From contig NC_087436.1 in NCBI RefSeq assembly GCF_036321535.1, forward strand, positions 22,198,001 to 22,262,000: DNA of 64,000 nucleotides, read 5' to 3'. The translations under genes were made by a program, and so were the position numbers. This DNA is from Camelus dromedarius (taxonomy: Eukaryota). This document shows positions 51,301 to 63,100 of the stretch, one piece after another; position 1 is the stretch's first letter; each line of letters opens with the position of its first letter. A model generated the notes under the pieces. It was not told the DNA's origin and did no database searches. It worked only from the letters and a program-made list of their open reading frames with translations.

Positions 51301-54071
51301 TCATAAAGATGGGTGAGGAGTTGGGAGGACTTGAGAGTGGACATTCTGAGTGGCTGTGGGAGTCATTCTAGGCAGCCCAGCCTCAGAATGTGCTTTTTTC
51401 CCTCTTGCTTACTCATTTGTTGTCTGGATCAGCCTCCTTTCTGTGTCCTCTATCCCTGGGACATGGCTGATACTTGGAGGCCTCCTGTGGCCTGGTGTCT
51501 AGGGTCTAGGAGATGTGACTGGGGTCTAGGGTCTATGACTAGGGTCTAGGGTCTGTGACCGAAGTTGGCCGTGTGTATCATACGAAGGAGTCGATCTGTA
51601 AGGTAGCTGGAGAGGAAGCCTTATCACTAGTTGACCCTCCAAGTGCTGATGTCCACATTGTAAAATTGTACCCAAAAGACAGAGGGGCACGTAGGTAGCC
51701 ATATGTAAGTTGATGTAGGGTGGAGGGTCTTCAAAACCAACCAGGACTCTATGGGCAGGACGTGATGGCCCCACTCCCAGCCCCCAGCCTTGAGTCCACT
51801 GCTAGTTCTGTACTACCTGAGGTCCGAGCATCGTATAGAAGCCCTGCCAGCCCTGGGACTGGTCTCTGCTCCTCTCACCATCCTGGAAATGGTATCCTCC
51901 TCCTTAAAGACCATTCTGATTGTTCAGCTTCACAGTTCGTCATCTTCTTAACTTAGGCAGGTCCTGAGAGCTGGGCTCATTTCTTCTCTTATCTCTTTGC
52001 ATAAAGTTTCATGGGCATGCAAGCCTTCAGCTTTTCTTTTTCTTTTTTTCCCTATGTCTGAAAAGTTGTGATAACAGAAATAACAATGGCTACAAGCTTC
52101 TGTGAAGTTAATTATTTTAAATGAGCAAAGGAGACCAAGCACCTAAGAAGAAAATGGCTCAGAAATTGGAAAGAAAGCATTATGCTCTGCTCCAGTTGGT
52201 TGGTGTTTGGCTCTTTTATTTCCCTCCTGAGCCACATAAGAGACGTTGAGCTCAGAGGACGTGAACATCCTGTACAGGAAATAGATGGTGTGTGGAGGAG
52301 GTGAGGGGGGCGCCGGCAGCCGCTCTCTGAATCCCTCAGTGAACTCACTTGAATACGTTAGAGAAGTGAGTCTAGGGCTGGAAAACAGGCCCTGCTTGGG
52401 TGGCTTCCAGCGCTCGTCACAAAGCTCAGGAAAAGCTCAGCTAAGCCGCACGCATTTCACGCTTTCCTGAGGAAAGACTCTGCTTGTTGGTCTCAGGGTT
52501 AAGGCGTTCTCAGCATGTTTTTATAGAGACACTAAAACATGCTCTTCGTATTTTCCTCCGTCACTGAAAAGAGCCCAAGGGGATAGAATCAACGATGTGG
52601 GCACTTAAGTGCCTGCTTGACTGTGAGCCTCTGTCAGAGGTGTTGTGGCGAGCCCTTAGCTACCAGTGTCCCTGGGTACACCAGGAGTGTGCGTGTGTGC
52701 GTGTGTGCGTGTGTGTGTGTGTGTAAAAATCTCCTTGAAACTTGAGGAACCTGAACTCACCAGAGTGGACTTGTGCACTTCCAGATTTCTTCCTTTGACT
52801 AGATAATGCAGAATGACCGCCGTCTTCCTCCCCCAGAAAATGGCTTGACCAAAAGGACAAGATAAACAGCATGGACATCGTGAAGTATGGAGAGACAGGA
52901 AGCGGAGAAGGAAGTGGCAGCGGCCTCAGGACTATCAAGAGCGGCAGCTTTTTTTTCGTTGTTGTCCCCCAAAAATATTTTTAAAGAGAAAACTAAAGCA
53001 TTTGCTGTTCTACTGTGAGAGTGATTTGGGTGCTCAGTGGAGCAAAAAGGCCGCTTATGAACTGACCTGGGTCTTTCTTTGGCCCGTCACACTCCGTTGT
53101 GTCTATTTCAGAACCTGAGATTTACACTGAGCGAATATTAACCGGGAACAAAACCTGCAGTCATCGCAGTTTGCATTTGCCAGTGAGGTTTTCCTTTTTC
53201 TGCTGAACTTAAATTGTTCCTTTTCTGGAAAAAAGCATGTATTTTTAGCTTGCTCACATATGTTTCTTTATAGGAAGCTTACAACTATCTTTATGACATT
53301 TGACCTTGCTCACAAACTTGTAATTTTCTCACTCATAATTTATGTCTTCTTGCATTGTCATTTTCCTTAAATTTTAGCCATAAAAGGTATGTGCTATTAT
53401 ACCTGGAGACATTGGAATATTGTTAGTGTCAGGCAGTTATCTAACAATACTCCTAGGTTTAGAATATCAGTGTATTTTTTTTCCCATGTTCTCAGTTTTA
53501 TTCTAGTAGGACTAGAAACCACTCTCTTTTTTAAATCTCAGTGTAATTTCTGATTAAGAATCAAATGGTCAAGTAAGTGTGATGGTAGCTTTGGAAAGGA
53601 GTAAAGAAAGTATCCTGTTGCTAATGAAGAAATGCGTGAAGATTTCTTTCTTAGAGACCCTCAAGAAAAACCATCAGCTATAATTAATTTGAGCTGTCAC
53701 TTAGTGTGTTCCAAGGGAAAAATAATTAAGTTAATTGTCCATTTTCTAACTAGAAAGGACTTTATTACACTCTTGCCCAAATTATTGACCACTTGCCCCA
53801 GGGGAGTCGGATGCAAGGTGCCTAGACAACATTTGGAAACTACAAAAGTGAATTAAAAAAGTGTAAATCAGCTACCTGGAGTAAGTGAGCGCGTAGTCCT
53901 GCTTCAGCCGGTAAAGCAGCGCCACCTGCTGCACACAAGCTTTCTTTTATGTTGGAGAATTCTTAAGGAGAAACTGATCTCTGCAGAATTAAGCACAAAA
54001 CAGGCTTGGTTTGCAGTCTGTTATCTTTTAAGATCTATCTCTGGGTCAATTTGTTGAAATGTTTGTTTTTC

Positions 54072-54116
<45 letters not shown>

Positions 54117-57100
54117 AGAGAGCGAGAGGGTGCCATTCACTCTGAGAACAAGAATTGAGTAAGAGAGTGGGAGAAAATGGGAGATAAAAGAATGCACATG
54201 TGAAACAAAATAGAAATATCGAGTATTCCTTTGTTGTATCTACTGATGTGTCTTTGATTCTGAAAATAAGTCTGATGTACCTCCGTTCGCCCTTTCTTAC
54301 ATTTACTAATGACATAAAAATCAATAGTTATCCAATGCTTGTTTCAACTGAACCATTGTTCGTATTTCATCCTAGGCTGCCCACAAGTGAGTCCTTTATT
54401 AAATGATTACAGACTTAATAGGCCTTCTTTGAATTCTCTTTTCTCTAGTGTTTTTTTTTTATTCCTATCATAACACCTCATTCTACAATATTTAAAAATA
54501 ATAACTCCTAATGTTCCTAATGTATTTTGCATTGTAGCATCACACAGGCATTTACATGCAGTATTAACAAGAGCCGATCTTTTTTTTAAGTTGGAATCAC
54601 TAGTTATCCTTTCGCCTATTTTGGTTTGTTTCATCTAATCTATTATACCACAACATAAGATAAGTAAGTGACAGTCAAGGTGGTAAACAGTGATGGTGAT
54701 TCTTTTCATCGTTCCCTCTTCCAGGGTCTTAACTGAGTACTGACCGTTCACATCACTCACAATGACGCTTACACTTCCATACTGACAAGGTCAAATCATT
54801 TCAGATCTTGACTCGTAATTAACTTTTCAGCGTGCACTCATTTCTATCAAAGCGTATTTGTATTTGTTATACTACTGTTCATTTATTTTTACATTAATGG
54901 AATATCACACAGTCTGGAATTTATAATATTTGGCGTTTGTCAGGGCTTTGATTTCCAAATAAACTGAAATAGAATATAACTTGTTTCTATATCATATGCC
55001 AAAGCCATAATTGTATAATTGAAACATGTTAAATATCTAGACATACAAAAAGCACAGATGGTTTCAATTCTGTATCTCAATTTGAAGGAAAGCTACTCAT
55101 ATTCCGAATCCTGTCCAAAACTTGATTTTCTTATACTTGTCTGTAGCTTAAAAGATTTTTGCTGTATTTATTGTCTCTTTACTCATTCAATTAAAAACTG
55201 ATTGAATATCTGCTGTATGTAAGACACTGCGTGAGGTACTGGAGATACAGTGATTTCAACAGGAATTCCTTGTGCTCAGTGAGCTTCCTTTCTTGCAGAG
55301 CAGTGTGTGGACAGTTCTAGAGCAGTAAGAGCTAGGAGCTGTGAGCACAAAAGAACGTGAGCTCGACCCCAACTTTAGTAAATGCGGGGAGGAGACAGGG
55401 TCAGGGAGGAAATGAAGACTTCCTGGAAGACAGAAATCCTTCATGGAGCCTGCAGAGAAGATACAGTGTTTGTCAGGAAGAGAAGGAGAGGAAGGGGCTC
55501 CGGGACTGGTGATAGGATTTGCAAAGACACTGAGATGAGAGAGCAGAATGGTTCTGGGGAAATCCGTGCTGTTCAGTCCTCCTGGGACTCAAGGCTGCCA
55601 GTGAAGAAGTCCTGAGAGATGAGACCATGCAAGTAGGCAGAGGTCAGATAATGAAGGATCTTTCATGCTTTTGGACTTCGTTCTGAATGCTTTGGTGTTT
55701 TTAAAATAATTTAAGTAAGGAAGCAAGGGCATGAGTGATGGGATGGGGTCCAAACTGATTAGAAAGCTCCCTGTAGCCACTCTGTTGAGACTGGAGGCGG
55801 GGGTAAGGGGATTCAGTTATGGAGCGGAATAGAAGGTGGTCCAAGGGAGATGGATAAACGCTGATGGGAGAGGGCAAGGGGAAGATGAGTGTATGGTGGT
55901 TTACTACGGTGGTAGAACGAATTTAATGACCCAGTAAGTGTGAAGACTATAGAAGAAGTCCAGGGGAACTTGTTTCCAGCATGGGAAGTGTTGGGTGGTG
56001 CCATCCACTAAGATACAGGCAGTGCAGAGATTAGAGATGAGCAGAGAGGAGGGAGGAGTTCTACTCTAAATGAGTTAAATACACCAAGTGGAGAGATCCA
56101 GTGGGTGGCTGATTATAGACACCTGGAGTTCAGAGGAGAACTCTGAATCAGAGATGTCCAAATCTAACCTTTGTGACTCCTTAATAATGTGTAAAATTTT
56201 GCTGAAAAAGAATAGTGAATTGGTTCTATCCTCCAAGACCTTCCTTCATCTGTCCTGCTCTTCTCATGCCCCCTTCCTCCCCTGCAGAGGACTGGTATGA
56301 ACAGTTGTATCCCCTCATCCTCACCCTGAAGGACTGCATGGGAGAGGTGGTGAATCGAGCCAAGCAGTCCCTGACGTTCGTGCTCCTTCAGGAGCTGGCG
56401 TATAGCCTGCCCCAGTATTTGGTGCTGACGCTGAGAAGAGACGTCGTCTTCAGCCAAGCAGTAGGTGCCTCTTCTTCTTGTGAGTCCAGCACAGTGATGG
56501 GTTGTCAGATAGCATCCTTGGTCAGGATAGAGGTCTTCTTTTGGTAGTGTTTTTTTGTTTTTTTTTTAAGGGATCCTTTTCTTAAAGTTTCGGTACCTAG
56601 CTTTTCTTATAATAAATAGGAGCCAGTTAATGAGAACTTAAGTATTTATTTCTGCAAAGAGGTGGCCAAGTCTCTGAAGTGTCCATTCGGTTTCACAGGG
56701 CAGAGGGTCTGTGAAGGATGTGGTCCTCTGTCCTGTCCTTGTATTGTGCCTGGGGGTCTCTGCACCGGGCAGGGTGCAGATGGGAAAGGGTGGCTGCCTT
56801 GCACTGCAGATGGCAGCTGGGACCGACTGGCAAAAGGGATCTGTTTGCAGTCTCCATTTGTACAGCTCCTCACGAATCCCAGGACAGGGCCTCATAATGA
56901 TCTGTTGTTTTGTTGTTTAGAAAACAAGTTTTCTGGGCAGTAAGGCTTGAATGGGAGGTCTGACAGGACCACCTTCTTTGCCTACCCACACCCAACCCTA
57001 GCCCATGGCACCAAGGCTGGCCTCCATCATGAAGGCTGTGCTCTTTCTCCCCTTCTGCCTCCACCCATGATTGAGTTTTATAGACAGTCACATGGAGGGA

Positions 57101-60100
57101 GAGAGACAGAAGCCTATCTTCCGAAACATGGCAGGCAACAGGAATATTTTAACCAAACTGTTCTGGCCCCCGACTGTTTCATGGATGTTCCAGTGACAAA
57201 TGGAGCTGACAGTGCATCAGACAAGATGCTCTGTCCTGTACACATTTCTCCACTGTGTCCCTTCAATGACCCTGTGAAATGAGGACTTTTGTCTCTATTC
57301 TACAGGTACAAGAAAATAATAAGAAGAAAAAGATTTGGGAGTGTTAAACAGCATTGTATGGTTTTGCTGCTTAGAAGTGGTAGGGACAGGATTTGCAGCT
57401 TCCAGAATCCACAGTCTTTCCCCTTTCACAATGCTGCCTTTCCCAAGCCGAACTCCATCAAAGGCAGTCTGTAGGTTTCAAAGGGGATAAAAAGATTTCT
57501 ACTTTTGTTACGCATACTGGAAAAATTTCTAATTAAATCTGTGGTGCCTCAAAAGCCTTAACTATTTTTCAATTAAAGTTTGCTGACTCCAGAAATTTCA
57601 TTTTTTTTTTTTCAGCTTGCTGGATTAGTCTGTGGTTTTATCATCAAATTGCACACGAGTTTGCATGACCCTGGCTTCCTAGAGCAGCTTCACACGGTGG
57701 GGTTGCTAGTACAGTACGAAGGCCTGCTAAGTACATACAGTGAGTATTGCTTTAGTCCACGTTAAAATGATAATTTCCTATTCATAAAGATACCGGAAGC
57801 ATAGATTCTTCAGTTCGTCATAAAAATGAGAAGTAACCCTCCCTTGCATCAAGCGTTAGAGAAAGAATGTAACTTTCATTCTTTGTGTTCGTTCCCCTTG
57901 TAGCTGTGCTTTTACCTGCAGTATGTTTTGAAAATGGAATTAGATTATTTCACAGTGGAGTCCTGAGCAGCCGTCTGGCTTTTTAAATATAAAAGGCTTT
58001 TGCCAACGCAGCTTCAAGGACTTGATTTTTAAAGTCCCAACTCTCTAATGTCTAGAACTGCCCTATTCAGTGCATAGCTTGGTGTGGCTGTTGAGCACCT
58101 GAGATGTATCTGGTCCAAATCAATATGTTACTGGACGCACACACCAGGTTTCAAAGACTAGTGGAAAAGAGTTTTATATGAATAATTAATGAATGATTAA
58201 TAATTGTATATTGTAATTGCATATATTGAATGCTATTTCAGATATATTGGGCTAAAGGAAAATAGATTATTAAAGTTAATCTCACCTTTAAAATTGTACT
58301 CCTTAAAAAAATGTGACAACCAGGAAATTTTCAATTATATATGTGACTCATATCACATTTCTGTTGTACAGGGCTGATCTAGAATCTTGCTTAATTACCT
58401 CCTTCTTTCTCAGTGTGTTGAGGTATAAAACTAGCATGAGCCTGGGTCAGTGATCTTCAGTTCAGCCGTGTCTATTATTTCTAGAAATCAAATGTCAGTC
58501 CTGCCAGTGGAAAAAGATCTGCATGATGCTTTATGTCGTGTAAGAATTAAAACTTCTCTCTAGCCTTCCAGCAAAAGGTATACCTCTTTCCTTCCCTCAA
58601 AGGGTACACAGACTGCTGGAGTCTATTGAAGTGGTTTTTATGTCACCGATGAAAACCTTCAGGCTCTGAGGGAAGGTATTCAGAATGACTTCACTGCACT
58701 GAGAAACTCATTCACTAAAATGTTAGAACGCATTCCGGCAGGGAGGTGTGGTACCCAGTGACATTTTCTTCAGATAGTGTGTTTGTAACCAGGCTCCTTT
58801 CCCTTGTTTAGGTGATGAAATTGGAATGCTAGAGGACATGGCTGTTGGCATTTCAGATTTGAAGAAAGTCGCATTTAAAATAATTGAAGCCAAATCCAAT
58901 GATGTCTTGCCGGCGATCACAGGAAGGCGGTAAGTGGTATCCATTTCCTAAAGACCAAGCTTTGTGAGATATTTTTAATTAACCCCTGACAAAGGAGCCA
59001 AGGAGAATTAAGGTTTGGTTTGGACATGTTTCTTTTGTTCTTTTTTCCTTTCTGCTGAGAATTAAGTGTTGGTAACATGACTAGGGAAGACTGGGAAAAG
59101 CTCCTAGAAGTCTCACAGATGTTTGTAAATCGTGTTGCGGTGAGGTGAGTTTGGGGATGCTACCCTGTGAAATACGAGGAATTCAAAATAATAGGAGGCA
59201 TGAGAAAGCCACTTTCCCTTTATTACTGTCTAATTTAAAGCCCTGGATGTTTTTACTTTTGCTGGAATCATTTGGTTAATAGTGTCATAATTCTTGAGAT
59301 GACTTTATAGTAAATTCTGTTAAAAGCAGTAACATTTTAGAAAAGATGGGTTCCTATGTCAAGGGCATAGACGACCACTTTTTTCTCAATTATTTTTGAC
59401 AGTTTACTCCGAGATTGATATTTCTGAGAATAGTTTTAAATAAATAGCTCTGAAGGTCAGTGTATGATGCAAAATATCAGAAATAATTAAGAATTAAGTG
59501 ATGGTGTGTAGAATAGACCTCCAACAGAAGAACTGTATCCTATGGGCAAATCATTTCAATCAGAAGTCCTCCAAATTTTAACCGTTCTGGTGTTAGCACT
59601 TTTAAAGGCTACATGAGGATATTGGAAATCTCACATCACAGTGGGAAAAAAAATGAGAATTTTACTAAAGAGAGAGCCCTTTTCATGCTAGCGAGATAGA
59701 GAAGAGACTGAGTATAAAGTTCAAACTAAATTCATTTTCTTATCTATAGTAAACATAGAATTATTTAAAATTTTGTGTGAATGATGCCCAGAAACACATG
59801 GTAGAATAAAAGGTAACTGTTTCTTATACATAAAGAAAAAACACATCCTTGTAAAACTAAATATTTCATCTGCACACTAATGCTTAATTTGCAATTCACT
59901 GGGAGAAAGAGGAATAAAATTGCTCATATACACACCTAGAAAATAGTGCCACTCTGTATTCCTGTGAAAATTATTATCAAAAGTGGGAACCTGATACCTT
60001 CATCACTGTTACCAGGGGAGCTTACCAGGCCATCTGGTATACGCAGAGGGCAGGTGCTTTTCCTCAGGGAGTTCTTAGGCTACATCTAAACCCAGAAGTT

Positions 60101-63100
60101 TTCACACAGATGGGAGTGAAACTTCCAGAACGGGAAGGTGAGCAGCTTGGCAGACCCTCTCTCCAAAAAGCAGCATTACAATTGGACAGAATTTTCCAAA
60201 ATAACCATTACAGGACTAAGAATTATATTTGTCCACAACAAATTCAGAAGCATTTATTTATGAAAAACTAGTGAACATTGGATAAGTCAGTTGGACCGTG
60301 TGGCATTTTTGCCAAGAGTTCCTCCCATCAGCCCGAGCTCTGTCAGCACAGTTTTGCCAGGGCCAAAGCAGGCCATGAAAACCAGCAGTCTCTAATGAGA
60401 GGAGGCTGATTTGATTTGAACCAGAAAAGACAAAAAAGCACATTCCTGAAAAGTTGTTAGATACAGTGGTAACTAGATAACAATTCTATTCGCAACAGCA
60501 TCAGAAAGAATAACTATGTCGGACCAAATGTAACAAAATACCCTAGGAATTGTACACATAACACACAAAATGTGCCTAGAGAAATTAATAAGATCCAACA
60601 AACGGAAAGACAGTCCATGTTCACAGATTAGCATGCTCAGTATTGCTCAGACAGAGATGCTCCACAAACTGATCTGTAGACCCAATGCAATCAGTATCCA
60701 AATCCCAGTGCCTTTTTTTTTTTTTGCAGAAATTGGTAAGCTCAACCTAAAATTTGTATGGAAATGCAAAGGATCTGGAATACTAAACAACAATTTTATG
60801 GAAGAAGAAAAAAGTTGAAGGATTTTACTTATTGATTTCAAAAGTTAATATAAAACACAATAATCAAGACTGATAGTACTTGCATCAGTATGTATGTATA
60901 TAGATAGATAGGTAGATAGATCAGTGGAACAAAATTTAGAGTCCAGATATAAACTATTATCCTTAAGTTCAACTGATTTTTGACAAAGGTGCCAAAGCAA
61001 TTTAATGAAGAATGGAGAGTTGCTGTGACAATTAATTATTCACAGGCAAAAAGAAGAATTTAGAACATCAATTTACACCATACACAAAAATTAACTCATA
61101 GGGGATCATTGGTCTAAATGTAAGAGCTAAAACTAAAACTTCTAGGAGAAAAAACTTTTAAGTTGAGTTAGGTAAAGAATTCTTAGACATGACCCAAAAA
61201 AATCTAGATTCATAAAATAAACAATTTGATAAATAGGATTTAATCAAAATTATAAACTTTTAAGCATCAAAAATACCATTAAGTAAATGAACAGACAAGC
61301 CACATATTGGAAGAAATTACATGCAAAATACATATATCTGATAAAATACTTGTATCCAGAATATATAAAGAAACCTTCAATTTAATAATTATAAAACAAA
61401 AAAATCTAATTTAAAAATGGGCTGAGGATATGGATAGATATTTTGCCAAATAAAATACACGAGTGGCTTATATGCACACGAAAACATACTCAGCATCATT
61501 AGTCATTAGGAGATTGCAAATTAAAACCACAGTTAGATACCACTTCACTCACAGTAGAATCATCATAATCAGAAAGTCAGACAACAACAAGCATTGGCAA
61601 GAATGTGGAAAATCTGGAACCCTCATTCACTACTGTTGGGAATGTAAAATGGTACCACCACTTTGGAAACAATTTGGCAGTTGCTTAAAAACTTAAACCT
61701 AAAATTGCTGTATGACTCTTAGGTATATTCCCAAAAGAAGATGAAACCATGCATCCACACAAAGACTAATGCATGAAAGTTCATAGCAGCATTATTCAGA
61801 ATAGCCCAAATCATGGAGCAATCTGAGTGTTCATCAACTTGAAGGCAGAGACAAAATGTGGTTCTGTACAATAGAACACTATTCAACAATAAAAAGGGAG
61901 AAACTGCTAATAGCATGCTACAACATACATGACTTCACAGTCATGCTAAATGAAAAAAGCTAGACACAAAAACTGCATATTGAATGACTCCATTTATGTG
62001 AAAAGTGTAGAAAAGTAAAATCTCTAGAGACAGAAACAGATCATTGGTTTCCTGGGGCTGGCAGTGGGATTAGGGTTTGAATGCAAATAGGCACAAGGGA
62101 TTTTTTTAAGGTGATGGAAATGTTTTGAAACTGGATTATGGTCATGGTTGCACAACTCTATAAATTTGCTGAAACTCTGATTTACACGCTTAAAATGCAT
62201 GAGTTTATGTCAATTATATTCTAATAAAGATGACAAGAAGTTATCATAAAGAAAGTAGATAATGTTTCACCTTCAAAGCAACCTTTAAATACAGACTGAC
62301 TCATTGAATTTTCTCATATTCCTGAAAAACTTGGAATAAATAAACATCAGCCTTCTATCAGCCAGACTATTGTGAAGGGCACTGAGCAATTTTAAAAAGA
62401 AAAATAAAGTATGCATCCATCTGAGGGTAGTGCTAACATCCCTACTTGATAGATTGATGATATTTCCTGGTTCTCTAGTTCAAAGCTTAGGTAAGAAACA
62501 AGTCTCATAGCCAAGGATCCAGCGTATGTATCAGCGTTGTACTAGGAGAAACTAAAAAGATTTTCATGGAGACTCACCAAGTGTCCTGAGCTCCTTTCCC
62601 CATACATGGATTACAACACCAACACTATATATAGTTCTGGAAACACATGGATTTTTCTACATTATGGGTTAAACTATACATTTCTATACTCAGTTCACAC
62701 CAGCTCAGAAGTTACCAAGTTTCAAAATATACAAGCAGCTATTCTTGTTGACCTTATTTTGTGAATCCTAATTTAAATTTTCAACACTAAATATTCGGGG
62801 TAATTTTTAAAGGAAATTTCCAGTGAAAAACGTCCCCATGATATGTTAATGTTGCAAAATGATCAAAACCCCCCAAAGGTTAGACCTTAAATGAAACCAT
62901 TACATTTCCATCGGGCCATCCCAAACAGGGAGGTTCCTCAGTACTAGCAATTAAGCCATGCTACAAAATGTTCTAAGTGATTGGGTTCATTGGTTTCACT
63001 CTATTGAAAAATCCATCATTGAATTGCTTTTCTTTTCATTGAAACTGGGTTTTAGAAACAATTACATCAAGGAAATAAATACTGATGCTCTTATGCACAC

